From assembly GCF_009914755.1 (NCBI RefSeq), contig NC_060934.1: 64,000 bases of DNA; one strand, written 5' to 3'. Below are positions 46,083-60,559 of the stretch, piece by piece. The notes below the pieces were generated by a model, which saw only the letters and a program-made list of their open reading frames with translations, searched no databases and was not told the origin of the DNA. The DNA comes from the human T2T-CHM13v2.0 reference genome, Homo sapiens. A program made the translations under genes and the position numbers. Positions within the stretch are counted from its first letter, which is position 1. Every line of letters starts with the position of its first letter.

Positions 46083-46475
46083 TTTACAATGAAATACCTC
46101 TCAGTTCTTCACCCAGTGTTCCCAGTCTTGCCTTAGCGTAGACAAACACAGACAAACATATTCTTTCCACTTTTTGCCCAACAGGAACATACCATATGCT
46201 GTTCTGCACCTTGGTTTTTCCTCTTTGCAACCTGGTACTTGGACATTGCTTCATAGCTGTGGAACTGCTGCATTCCTCTCTGCAGCCGCTTGTGGCTCCA
46301 ACGCACGGATGAGCCACCCTTCACGCAACCAGGTCCTGTTTGACGGCACACACTCCCTCTCACCATTCGGCCACATTCACCTTCCCACCTTTCCTGCTCT
46401 CCACCTCCTCTGCCCCCTCTCCTCCCTTGTCCACCTTCAGTGCTGAGTGTGATCATGAGTAGCTGCCCTGACACT

Positions 46476-46669
46476 GGGGCATGAACAATTCATCCAGTTT
46501 TCCCTGAGACTTTTTCACTTTGGACACTGAAAGTCCTGGGTCCTAGGCTGCTGGTTAGGATGACCAATTCATCCCGGTTTGTCCAGGACTGCCCTGGTTG
46601 AAAAACTGAAATTCTTGCAACCCGAGAACTCCCTCAGTCCTGGGCCAACAGGGACAGGTGGTCGCCCTA
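46476..46669 (+). mobile_element. MER81-like hAT-Blackjack MITE (full copy 46556-46669 preceded by a partial copy)
   Basis: TIRs taggatgacc / ggtcgcccta; caattcatcc.g.ttt...actgaaa appears twice. Confidence 0.7.
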
Positions 46670-48239
46670 CCTGGGAGCAAAGTGGCTACTGGCTTGGAGA
46701 GGAGCCAAAATGTGTTCCTGGAGGACTTTACTCACTTTCAAAAGCTCCTCTGGATGCCCCTACCCAGCTCCCACCTCCAACTTAACGTCCTGTAAGAAAG
46801 GGACACTTCTGCCCATCTGCATCTTCAGACAAAGCTGCCCCACAGCCCTCACAGAGACTGCCTGGTCCCCTTCTTGGAGGCATTCAGAAGAAAGTTCATT
46901 GCTCCCTCAGTGGTTTTAACTGCCTGGAAATGACATTAAAAATTAACCCAGATTGTCATTTCCTCCCCACAATTCAATCAGCTTGGCATGGCTCATGGGA
47001 ATCCCATTCTTTTAATCATGTTTCTCTTCAAACTCACTCTTGCTAGGAGTAAGGAATGCCATTCACTCATCTTTGGTTCAAATAATCTTTTACCTACTCT
47101 GGCCGCATCATTTAATAACTAACAATTTTGTTGAGACATTTCCTTTAAATAAAATGCTAGGAACTTAAAAAGAAAAAGCTCACACTGGCACCTGTAGGGC
47201 CCCCAGGGAACTGCTGGGTTTGCGTCCACCAGTCGACCCCAAAAAGATCCATCAGGCTGACAGCCAAGCCCATCGCGGAGGGGAAGTGGAGACGCAGTCC
47301 CCAGGGAACTGAGGAGGGAACGCCTGCTGGGGTCTGCCCCTGCAGTTCATGACCCTGAGATGGGCTAGGGTGGGGAGTGGAGGGCTGCAGGCCTCTGGGG
47401 GCTAGAGCGGGGGCACCTGATCTGGTTCTAGCAGGTTCCTGATGAGTCTGCTTCACAGTGTCTCCTCTCCTCATTGGCCTGGAGGAAACAGTGGCCCTGG
47501 GGAACGAGGTCCTGAAAAGAGGCAGCAAAGAGGCAACCAGAGGACAAGAGCCTGGGCCACGGAGACTGGAAGAGGCCAGAGGGCTGCCTGGAAGAAGGCT
47601 CATCCACTGATTTATTCTCCTTGGCTCAGGCACTGTGTTCATCCCCCTTCCTCCCATCCTGCACCCCTCCCCCACCAGTGACGGTGCAGACAAGCAGCAC
47701 TGTCCCTGCAGAGCTAAGGCAGAGCAGACAGGAGAGGGTCATCCACCCCAGCTGCTGGGTGGAGGCTTGGCCCTGGGGCCTCGGGAGCCTCCCCAACATT
47801 ATCTCCCGGCCCCTCCCTTCTCTGCTCCCACTAGCCTCAGCCAGCAAGGCCAGCCCCACATTCCTGCTGCAAACAGACTGGGTGGGGCACAGTGAGTTTT
47901 TAATTTGTCCACAGAAATCCAAAACAAGGGAGGGGAGGTTGTTGGTTAACTCTGCACCATCACCAGTGCTTTAAGCCTCTTTGGCTCAGAACCCAGACTC
48001 AGAAGTCCAGGCCACAAGGGGGCTTTAACCAAAATCCCAGGCAAGAGACCCCTTTGCTTCTGATGCCGTGTGTGGCTTCATGACAGCATGATGCCATCTG
48101 GGCTAATTTACCAAGGGCTCTGTGAACTCTGTCTCTCGGCACTATGTTCCCTAATTGCAGCCTCTTTCAAAAGGGAGTAACTACCTCTTCTAATCACGTG
48201 TACCCCCAGTATCTCAGAGGCAGGGCTACAAAAACAGCC

Positions 48240-48830
48240 TTAAAAAGTTTGGCAGTTCCTCAAAAAGTTAAACATAGAATTATCAAATGGCCCCCCAAGT
48301 CCACTCCTAGGTATATATCCAAGAGAACCAAAAATCTAAGTTTACACAGTAACGTGGACACAAGTGTTCACAGCAGCACTGTTCACAACAGCCAAAAAGT
48401 AGAAACAACCCAAGCATCCATCCACGGGTGAATGGATCAAATGTGTTCTCTCCATACAGTAGAACATTATTCAGCCATAAAAAAGAATAGAGTACTGATA
48501 TATGCTACGACATGAATGAACCTTGAAAACATTACGCTAAGTGAAAGAAGCCAGATGCAAAAGACCACATACTGTTTGATTCCATTTATATGAAATGCCT
48601 GGAGTAGGCAAATCCATAGAGACAGAAAGCAGATTAGTGCTTGCCAGGGGCTGTGGGGAGGGGGAATAGGAGCAACTGCTAATAGGTACAGGGTTTCTCT
48701 TTGGGGTGATGAAAATGTTCTGAATTAGACAATGGTGATGCTTGCACAACACAGTGAATATCCAAAACCCACTGACTTGTACACTTTAAAATGGTAAATT
48801 TTATGTTATGTAAATGTCTCAATTTATTTG
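48240..48830 (+). mobile_element. L1MB-like 3' end
   Basis: ttggcagttcctcaaaaagttaaacatagaatta...ccactcctaggtatata...gtacactttaaaatggtaaattttatg. Confidence 0.85.
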
Positions 48831-48861
48831 ACCCTGTCTCAGAATAAATATATAGCCTCCA

Positions 48862-49112
48862 CTCCCGGCTGGAGAGGAGTGGTGCAATCATGGCTCACTG
48901 CAACCTCGAACTCCTGGGCTCAAGTGAACCTCCTGTCTCAGCTTCTTGAGTAGCTGGGACTACAGGAGCCTGGCTAATTCTTTTATTTTTGTAGAGTTGG
49001 GGGCAGTCTCACTATGTTGCAGAGACTGGTCTTGAACTGCTGGCCTCAAGTCATCCTCCCACCTCAGCCTCCCTAAGTGCTGGGATTACAGGTGTGAGCC
49101 ACTTAGCCCGGC
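48862..49112 (-). mobile_element. AluJ (truncated)
   Basis: Reverse Alu consensus. Confidence 0.85.
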
Positions 49113-51255
49113 TCAATTATTTTTTTTTAAAGCAGCCTGCTGACATCACCCTGACTTTGGCCTTAGCACAGCCCCCTATTGCAGGGCCAGCTTGTTCCTC
49201 TGAGTTATCTTTAACTCCAAGTCTCTGCTTCCTGGGACTGCCCTGCTGTGTGTCACCCTCTGCTTCCTGTGAGCACACTCTCTCATCCACACTGGCCTGA
49301 CCTGTAGGACTGGACGTTGTGATTCTTGCCCGCTGCAGACTTTCAAAGCAGGTGTGGAAAGTGACATCCAGCACAGCACAGTGAGACACAAACATCGGAC
49401 CATTCAATACCTCTGTCCTTAGAAGTCCCCTGGCCCAGCCACCACTAGGATCTTCTGACTGACCAATCATCACTTGACCTCCCCTTCCTCCAGCCACAAA
49501 CCTTCCTGTGAGGTCACTTGGACTCTATGCTGGACCTAGAGAGCCCCCTCTTAGCAATCAGACAAGACTAAGGTGTGGGCTTGGTGGGGTCTTCTTAAGG
49601 AATGCTTTCCCCACCCCTTGCTATGGTGTCATCACCAGACCCTCATTCCAGCCAAGGAAACAAAGGCTTAGAGAAAGTCAAGCACCCAGCTGCCAAGCAG
49701 TGGGGTTGGCTCTCCAATGTAGACCCCTATGGTCTCCCATTTTGAGGGCCAGGACTTGGGGTGAAAGGTCCCCACCTTGAGGGCTGGGGCCCGGGGTGGC
49801 GAAAGCACCAGGATGTTGCTCTCCTGGGCTGTGTCTTCCTGTCTGGCTCTCAATTTTACTGGAATGATGCCACCACCCCCATCCCTTTCCCTGACATTGG
49901 CTCGGCCCAGGGCAGCTGCAGGATCGATTCCCCGTCTAAGTGCAGGACTTAGAGCACTTCATGGCTCAGAAACATGCTAATTAGGTTTAGGCAATAGAGC
50001 TCAATAAATTAGAGCAAAACAGCTATTGATTCAGTTATCAACTCTCCTGGAGATGCACGAAGCAGCGCTCCAAAGACAACAGGGAGAGAAACACACAAAA
50101 CCCTTCTGAAGCCCCTTTACTCTCCACAGGTTGGGTTTCCATAGTTGCTTGGGGTGTTCGGAAGAAAATGTAGGCTGAAGAAGACATTTGCTCAAGTGCA
50201 GGCCTCGGCTCCTTGTGCTTAAAATTCTTTCCGCCTTCCAGCTGGGTATGCTCGCTTGAGAGTCAGCTCTCCAGGGAAGGCTGCAAGAAGCGATGACGCC
50301 ACAGAGCTCCAAGGTCATTTGGGCCATTCCTCTGACTCAGAGCAGAATGAGGCAAGTAAGGAGAGAGTTTGTCCTTGGGGCAGGGTGCTGAACATGCCGT
50401 CATAGTTCCATTGATCCTCAGAAGAGCCTGATGGAGGAGGTCTTATGTGAGCCCTTGTGGTGGATGCAAAAACCAAGACTCAGAGAGGGCGGTGACTTGC
50501 CATGGTCACACAGACACCAAAAACAGGGCAGGGGTCTCTGGCTCTTGAATGATTACCAAGAGTTTGGCTTATGCGGCCCCTGTGAGAGCTGCTGGTGAAG
50601 TTCAAAGGAAGCCCTCAGATGAAAGGCTTCCTGCAGACCCGCCAGTACAGACCGAAGGGGCAGATGTGGGGAGGTCCCGCAGAGGCCACGCTGTGTGCTT
50701 GTGAAGGGGCGGATCAGAGGCTCAGCGGACACCCAGCACCTGGTGGGGCCAGTCCGATGCCCTCCTTGGGTCTGGGAATGTGTGAGATGCTCAGGGAAGG
50801 ATGCAGCATGTTTCAGGATGATAGCTCAAAGCCAGGTGGCACAGGGGGCGGCAGGAAATGGACCCATGAGGCAGCAAGGTGGGGTGGGGGTGAGGGAGGA
50901 CTGAGGCAAGGTGGTAGGAGGCCAGTGGCAGAGACGCCGAGCTCCAGCTGGAGTGCTAGAGTCTGCTCTTCATAAAGGTCCATGGCTGCCGGGTTGTCCC
51001 CACCATCTCTCCTCCAACCTCCTGTGCACTGTTCCCATAAGCCCCTCCCCAGGTGCTCGGGACAGCCCTCTGCTCTTGGAAACAAGGGGCCCAGCCTCCC
51101 CTCACCAACCTCAACTTTCTGTGAATTTGCTTTAAACATGGAAGCCTCAAATGCCTGAAAGCCTTTTCTAAGGATGCCTTCGGGTCACTTAACAAGCCTC
51201 TCCTGGGGGGAGATTTTTACTTTTAAAAGGAAGAATGACTTCTTTTGGCTGCTGC

Positions 51256-51362
51256 GGGCTGTGTGTGCTGGGGGAGGGGGCAGTGGACTGCAGGGTTGGA
51301 GTGGGGCTGTGGGCTGTGTGTGCTGGGGGAGGGGGCAGTGGACTGCAGGGTTGGGGTGGGGC
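51256..51362. repeat. 55-bp G-rich tandem duplication
   Basis: gggctgtgtgtgctgggggagggggcagtggactgcagggttgg.gtggggc x2. Confidence 0.9.
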
Positions 51363-52974
51363 ATTCTCAAGTGTGCTCAAGGGGCCTCAGTTTGCAAACC
51401 CTGGACTGTGGCTCCCGAGTCTGTAGATGGAGACAGAGGTGGGCGCAGGCTCAGAGCAACCCAGAGATGCCCCAAGTCCACGGTTCAAAGGCCCTGCCCA
51501 TTTTGCCTCCAACATAGGGCCTGACTGGGCTGCCCCAGTGACACGCTCTGAAGAGGCACATTCACAGGCGAGATAAAACAAGGACACTCGCTGGGAGCTG
51601 GGGCCATCAGCAGCCGCTGGCTGTGGAGGCCACACAGAGGGGAGGGGAGGACAGGGGCCCTGACGAGATACTGGGGCCAGAGGCCAAAACTGAAAACCTA
51701 GGGGTGAGCCCACCAGCAAAGCCAGTGACAGGCCTGGGTGAAGGGTCACCCTCCTCCGGGAGCTGAAATGGGAACTGAGGAAGGAAGAGAAGCCACTGGA
51801 ATATTTTAAGCAACGAAAGAGGCCAGGGCAGAGCCTGGGTCTGAATCATTTCCAGGGCCTAGACAGAGGGCCCCCGGGAGGATGTTTCCGGAATGAATAC
51901 ATCCAAAAGGATGGGACGGCAATTGCGAAATCCCATCATGGGAAATCCCTGCCTGCCAGCATGTTTACCAGGAGCCCAGGGACGGGGTGGATGAGAGGCA
52001 GTCCCTGCAGTTTCTCTCTGCAGTGGATGGAGGTTTCTCTCCCAAACAAGGGGCGCTTGCTTGTCAACCTACAAGGGGCCCAGATAGAAAGGCAGAAAAG
52101 GGGACAATGGTGAGAGTGCACCCCCAAGGTGCCTTGGGTTCCAGAAGCATGGAGTTGGGAGAACTGCTGGGGGCGGTGGGGAGGTGGCATCCTCTGGGGC
52201 CTATATTGATGCCAACTCCAGTCCAGGCAGGCTGCTCCAGCAGCTGTGCTGTCTCAGCCACGGCCACACCTGAACAGTCCCCACCGTATTTCCCATCTCC
52301 ACATTTCCAGGTGAGCTACACTCAATAAGCTTAACATGGGAGAGGGCAGAGGCAGGACGAGGCTGGATGCCAGGCCATTCCCTGAGATGACAGCACAGGA
52401 CGGGAGCGGGGGTAGTGGCGAGGATGATGGTGTTCCCGCCTTGGGACACTAAATGACCTGGGTGTCTCTGGGACATGCAAGTGGAGATGTCCAGATAAGG
52501 CTGGATCACGTGGGTTCAGGGATCATCAGTGCTGGGGCAGGGGGTACTGTGAAGCCATTGAGTGGAGGAGCTGATCTTGGATCCTGTGTACAGGTGAAGA
52601 GAGGAGATCCCAGGACAGACCCCCAGAGCCCCAGAGCCCCAACACTTGGCAGAAGAAGAGGATCTCAGACTCTACCCCACTTGCTCCTGGGACCAGCAGG
52701 GCTGGCTCTGCTGGCAGAAAATGCTGAGCAGACTCTGTGGAGCTGCATGCCAGGCCCAAACTCAGAGCTCTGTCTCCAGGAAGATGCTTTCAGGGAATAT
52801 TTGTAACAGCCCTTTTGCAGATGCTGAAACTGAGACCCAGAGAAGTTAAATCACAACTTGAAGGCACGAGAGCAAATGAGGCCCGAAGCTGTCTGGCTCC
52901 AAAGTTCCAAGTTTTATCCCTGGGCCCTATCTCTGCTCTAGGAAAGCCTGTGGTTCTTCTTTTTCTTTTCCTTT

Positions 52975-53312
<338 letters not shown>

Positions 53313-54274
53313 ACCTGTGGTTCTTCTGAGAAGGGGCTCATTCAGTCAGGACCGGGGACCCTAGCTAGACTAAAAGCCTGGGTGAGCCAGGGGACTTCCA
53401 AACAACTGCAGCCCCAGCTGCTCCCGTTGACTCCCCCTGGGCCCTCCTTCCTCCCACTCCTTTTCCTCTGCACAGCAGGCAAGGTCCCAGGGAGGCAAGA
53501 GCAGGCCCAGGTGGGCCCAGGCATTTCCCCAGCCCCTCCAGAGGCCCAGGATGAACTGGCCTGGGATGAGGCCCTGCTAATGAGCAAAGGCTTCAGTCCA
53601 CTGAGCAGTACATGGTAGCACAGAAGAAGGCCTGGTACACCAACAGCAAATTGCATTTCCTTCTCAGAACCCTCAGCTCTGGTCTGGTACCCCCAGGCAA
53701 CAACAGCCTAGCGGGCAGACAGGACAGGAGGCCTGGGAGCTGTGCGTCACTCAAAGCCAGACTGGAGAGTGACAATTGCCTTCGCAGCTCCCAGCGGGTT
53801 TCGAGAAGGTAACATGACCAGGGAGCAGTTCTGCCTCCCTTCTGTCACCTCTGAACCTCACCTTGGCCCATGGCCCCTCAACCTTGACTGATGCTAAGTA
53901 AGTAGTCTCCTCCTCCTTATTCCCTGGCCAACCTGCCCAGCTCACAGTGGGGGCCTCAGCCAAGGGTTGTCAACTGCAGCCTGAGAAAGTCTTTCTCACT
54001 GACTTGCCCCAAGAAGGGATTCCACTCAGCTGACAATTATGAAGCTCTGGCTGGTCCCTGGTCCTGGGCAGGGGCAAAGCTGCAAAACAGCCCACAGGGA
54101 GCTCACAGTGCCTGTGGTAATGATGATGACGATGATGGTGATGATGCTGACAATGGTCATTATCATGGTGACGGGGTGGAGGACTTGGAGCCAGGAGACC
54201 TAATTACAAATGATAACTATGCCACCATTCAGCTGAATGACCTTGGGTAGGTTACTTACCCTCTTTGGTCTTGA

Positions 54275-54618
<344 letters not shown>

Positions 54619-54694
54619 GGCAAGGGCTTTTTTGAAATATTTGCCATAGAGCACTCTGCGAGGGTCCCAGGTGATACTGCACCAATGCCTAGTT

Positions 54695-54860
54695 CAGTCC
54701 CTGACCAGTGTGGTCCCTGACCAGCAGCATTAACAACTCTTGGGCACTTAATAGAAATGCAAATTCTCAGGCCCCAAGGCAGATCTACTGACCCAGAGAC
54801 TCTGGGTAGGGCCCAGCAACTGCACATCTCACACTCTTGCCAAAGTGTGAGAACCCCTGG
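54695..54860. mobile_element. MER5A (hAT-Charlie)
   Basis: gtgtggtccctgaccagcagcat...agaaatgcaaattctcaggcccca...tgagaacccctg. Confidence 0.75.
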
Positions 54861-57800
54861 AATAAAGAAATGTCAATGGTGCTCTTGGGTCTCTTCACAG
54901 ACGTGGCTCTGCTAGAGGACTGGCCTTTTGGAGCAGGAGTTCATGGCCCAGATCCATCTCTTAGGAGAAAGGATTGGAGAGTGGGACATTGAGAGGGAGG
55001 CCTTCTGTGCACCCCTTCGTTCACCCACCAGAAAACCCAGGTCCACCATTGAATAAGCTCCTCCCCCAGTCCCATGCCTGCCCACGTGGCCCTGGCCTGA
55101 CTCCACCCTGACCCTGCAGGCTGCACAAGCCTGGAGCCCTCCACCCTGGCCCCTGCAGGCCCCAGTCCTGCCGGCTCCTGCACCAGCCCCTCGTGTTGGC
55201 TATACTGCCATGGCATAGGTCCAGCTGGCATCCTGTCACTCCACTCCCTCCCCAAGGGCCCCAGGTCGACTGCTACACACCCACCGCCACTGCTCCCAAC
55301 TGTGCTGCTTTGGGGGACTCCAGCATTCCTTTGCTCCCTCCCGCCCATCCTGTGGCTGTCTCTGCTGAGTCACTCTTTATTAGTGTCCTCCCAGACACCT
55401 GGCACAGGTGCCCCCAAGGGATTGGGCCAGAAGCCAATAGCAGCAATTGCTGCCATTTACCAAGTGCTGATTCTGTACTAAGAACGTGCGAGTTCCTTAT
55501 ATCAGTTATCCCACCACTCACAAACCTATGGATAGGGCCTCAGGACTCCCATTTTACAGATGGATGAATTGAGACTCAGGAAGGAAAGATCCCAGGGTCA
55601 CACAGGGCCACATAGCCAGTGAGACGGGAGCCTGGGATTTGAACTCCTGCCTGTCCGGTTGCAAAGCCAGCTCTCTCTGTCACCCCACACTGTCTCTTCT
55701 AGAGAGCCCTGGGGAGGACGGGGGCCAGCCAGTGGGCAGCCTGGGAAGGGAGTCTCTGTAGCTGGAAATGGCCAATGTATTTTCTAGAAACAGGAAATCT
55801 AACATTGACCGTGAAGTTTGTTTCCTGGTCAGTTCTGTCTGTTCCCACTGACAGCCTCGTGATACTGACTTTCAGGGCACCCGATGAGAGGGGATGGAAG
55901 AAGGACCTCCCGCCTCTCCCCACAGGAGTGCTGGGTGAGCCCTGACTTTCCTCAGTGCTCGGATGCTGGGAAGGTGCTGGGGCCATTTCATTTGCTTGCT
56001 AAAGGAAACACTGAGGCCAGGGGGCCAGAGGATTTGGGGACATCAGGGCACAGAAGTAACAGGGGGCTTTCAAGCCCTTTCCCAACTCCTCCCCGAGACA
56101 GTGACCTGGCCTAATCCTGCAGCCCCTATGACCTCTCTGTCCCTGGGGTCTTGTGAGGGCTCCTGCAGCTGGGGAGCTATGCCTTCTACTGTGGTCCCCA
56201 GCCTGGCACAGACTCTCTTATGTGACTCCACCAGGGACTAGACTGGGGGCAGCTGAGTGCCATAAAAGAAGTTAATGTGGCCTCACGTTGGTGGTGAGTG
56301 AGGGGCTTTGGGTCTACCTGCCATCCTCTGCGTCCCCTCTGGCCTCCAGTTAAGTGACCCATCCCATTGGTCTCTGTCCACTGAGCTGACTGCCCCCCAG
56401 TACCCAAGACAAGTGCCACTGCTCCTGGTTCCCAGGTCCCTGTTTTGGGTGACCACCTCACCCCCTCCCTGCCTCAGCACCTCTGTGGCCCACCCCTGGG
56501 ACTCCTGTGGGACACAGGCAGGTGTCATGGGTGGACAACAAGGAGCATCTCAGGTCCGTCCGCCTGGACGCCCCCCTCTGCCTCGGGATTTCGCTCAAAG
56601 CAGCCTCCAGCTCTTGGCCGCTTCCTCCCGCTGGTCTCACCCCCAACAAACCTCTCCCAGGCAAAGCATAGTGCTTTCTCCTCTGCCTTCCTGTCTCCCA
56701 GGAACTCACTTCCATTGTATCCAGAATTCCTTCTATTTATGGCTTACAGTAAAACTCTACGCTCAAAATCAGCCGGGATTGATTCCTTATATTTAGAAAG
56801 AAGCTTTGGAATTCAGAAAAATTTTTTTTTCTTAACAAAACCCGGCATTCAAGACTATTGTTTTGCCTAGAAGACAAAACAAAATGGAAAGCCTAATTTG
56901 ATCGTCAAAGTGAACAACGAATTTATTATTGTAGCAGAATCCACCGCTTCCCTGAAGTACTCAAGCCATTGATTCAGTGGATGCCACAGAGCATCAAAAT
57001 ATAAGAGCAATTAAAAATACATGAGTTTTATTTTCTTAATTGTTAACTCCATATACAATGCTTAAAACTCTAAAAACTGGGCTTAATGTAATCTTAATTA
57101 GAATCATAAACACTATTTCAGAATGTATTTTAGATGTATATCCTTAAAAGTTTGATGCAAATATGATAATTTAGGGATGTGAGGCATCATATAAGATGCT
57201 TAATGTCTGTACCAGGAAGCTGGACTAGGTTCGAGAATGGGAGATATTGACAACCTGGACTTGGTTCAAGTTTGCTTTTAATTTGATTTATTGCAGAAGC
57301 ATCAAGGAAGCAATGCACAGGGGAAGGAGGTTGTAAGAAAGCTCCTGGGTGGACCATGGCTCCTGTGTAGCCCGCTGAATTGTTCTCTGACATGAGTAGT
57401 GTGAGACGCCAGCCAGGCTGGAGGGGCGCTGAGCTGCAGATGCGCCCCTTTTCTTCCCTGCCTCGTCAACACCCGGGTGTTAAGTTCTTGCCGCGTGGCA
57501 CTGGGTGGTCCCCCCACATCTGAGGCTGCACTGCAGTCTCCCATTTATGCCCCTTGGGAACTTTACATGGACAGCTCAGGCATGGCCTGTCACACTGACA
57601 AGCAACCAAAATAATCTAAATAATAAAAGAAATGACTTAAAACAGTATCTTTTAGAATAATTATTGCTATGAGTTTCTTTGCAAATTCTGCAGTTTTCAA
57701 ACATTAGTCCTCAGGTGGACGGAGCCACAGAGCAGCTGCTGCTGGCCTCTTCCTCCTCCTTCCTGCCCCACCTGGTGCCTCCACCCTCACACCCAGTTCC

Positions 57801-58031
57801 CAAGAGCCTGCCACTCAGGCCTCCTCGTGCCCAGACCAGACAGGGACATGTGTGGACTTCCCAGGTGTACATATCCCCACCATGGCTGATTTTCAGCTAC
57901 CCACATGATGTCACCGAATACGGAGTTGTAAAGAGACGCACGCCACTACGTTTCCATCCCAGAGCTGCAACAGACACAAATAAGCTTAAGTGCATCGACA
58001 ATAGTCAGATCAGATGCACAAAAACAATTAG

Positions 58032-58349
<318 letters not shown>

Positions 58350-58928
58350 TAATAATGGCTGTGCTTAACAACTGGCCCACAAAATCCCTGCAAATTTAAC
58401 AACTGGTTCTCAGGAGGAGCCGCACATCATTGGGGGGGCCTTGGTTGGCCACAGCAGCTTGGGAAAGGGGAGGTACATGCCCTGACACTAGTCCCAAGAT
58501 GGTTACTTGACATTTCCAAGCAATATATTATTTAAATATGCATATGTTTTTGCTGATTGCTAGTAGGTTTTTTCTTTCATGAATGCACTTAATTTTGCCC
58601 AATGCAGTTAATTCACCAAAGGATGACTGGGCACTGACTATTCCCCCCAAAACCTCCAGCTGGTGCTCTAACAGCCGACCTTACACAGAAAGGTCAGAGA
58701 AGGAAGCAGTTCTTCAAAGCAGGCAGAATCGCCCTGACACGGATGGGGAGATGAGGGTGGCACACCTCAGGGCTGTGGTCCCTCCCTCAGAGAGAACCAC
58801 ATTGCTCCTGAAGGAGCTCAGGCTCCTTCAAAAGGAGCTGCACTTTGGCTGAAGCTTTGTGTAGTCATTCCTGTCAGCACATTCCCCATAATTCCCACAA
58901 CCCAAGCCTGGCTTCATCAGAAAGTCCA

Positions 58929-59275
58929 GGCTGGGCATGGAGGCTCAAGCCTATAAATCCCAGCATGTTGGGAGGCCAAGGCAGGAGGATCGCTTGAGCC
59001 CAAAACTTTGAGAACAGTGTGGTGGGCAACATGGTGAGACCAGCTTGGATGGCATGATGGGACCCGCTATGAAAAATAAAACAAAATAAAATAAATTAGC
59101 TGGGCATGGTAGCATGTGCCTATGGTCCTAGCTACTCAGAAGGCTGAGGCAGGAGGATCGCTAGAGCCCAGGACGCTGAGGCTGCAGTGAGCTGTGACTG
59201 CACCATTGCACTCGCAGTGGGGAGATGGAACGACCCTGTCTCAAAACAACAACAACAACAAACCCAGAAACAGAA
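58929..59275 (+). mobile_element. AluJ, rearranged
   Basis: Diverged Alu with a (CAA)n tail. Confidence 0.8.
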
Positions 59276-60559
59276 AGAAGTCCATGGCAGAGTGGAAGGG
59301 TCTGTCTGCCCTTGGGTCACACAGGTCTTTAATCCTGATGCCTGATATAGGTCAGTTAGCTCCTTTCAAGTTAGGCAACAAAACATCCTTCTTTGATTCT
59401 CCAACCAAGTGCCATCACTCAAGGCACGTGGTTTCCAAGCCCTCCAGGGCCTTCATCGGCAGTTGCTTCCCTTCGCAACATCGTGAGCGACACATCGTGG
59501 CTGAACTCCAAGGGGGACATGTGGGTGTAATGAGTCACTGCCAACACGGAAGGTCCAGTGCAAGCTAGATCGAAGCTGATCCGGGTGCCCACCCCAAACA
59601 CAAGAGTAGCAGGGAGGGGAGACAAGCACCTACTGAGGAGACCAGGGCCAGTGGGGCCTGGGTGAATCTTCAATGGGGACAGAATCACCCTGACACGGTT
59701 GGGGAGATGAGGGTGGGGCACCTCAGGGCTGTGGCCCCTCCCTCAGAGAGAACCACATCGCACTCCTGCTCTGCTGGACTCGGGTGTGGCCACGTGACTC
59801 TGCCTGATGAGACATGAGGGCAGTGACACTCTGCCTGGTCAGTATATTCTGTCCCTTTGCCAGGAGACAGGGAAGGTTGCAGGTGGAGGCTACTCTGTCA
59901 GCCCCAGGCCCGAACAAAGACAACAGGAACAGTGTTGCTGCCAGCCCGCGATGGAATCTGGGGGTCATTTGCTCCCAAGCTTTGCTATGTCTATCCTGAT
60001 TGACACCCAGGCAGGTGGGAGAGGTGAAGGAAGTTCCAGAAACCGAATAACGCTGGGCATGTTGGGGAATGGCACGAAGCCCAATGTGAAGGGAAAACAG
60101 GGTGGGTGTGTGTAAAGAGGAGCTAGCAGGGGGGACGGGATTCCTAAGGGCTTGGAGCTCTAAGTGCACTCCGTCCCCGCACCCCGACTCCATGTGGGCC
60201 CATGGCACCACTCCCTAGGGGACTGCAGCCACCCTTCCCCTAGAACATGGACAAGGGCTGGCCGGCCCTGAAGGAGCTTCGACCTACCTAGAGGAGGCAG
60301 GCACCCAGGCCAGCCACGAGTCAGAGACCACTAATTCCGCCAGAGCAAGCTGTTTGGGCACTGCGTCCTTCTCACGCGAAGGGCAAAGATCCCGTTCATC
60401 CACAGGGACTGCCCAGCAACAAGGAACAGCAGTCACTCCCTGCATAGCTGCAGGGCACTGTCGCAGACCATCTCCTCCATCCTCCACCATACCTGGAGCT
60501 AGTCTAAGATCACAAGAGTTGGTGTGTCTTCCCTGTAGGAAGAGGGCTCTCCCTTGAGT

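Noticed and set aside
56730-57310. AT-rich unique-looking block as a possible ncRNA or conserved enhancer
   Set aside because: No recognisable RNA family or structure; conservation cannot be judged from this sequence alone.
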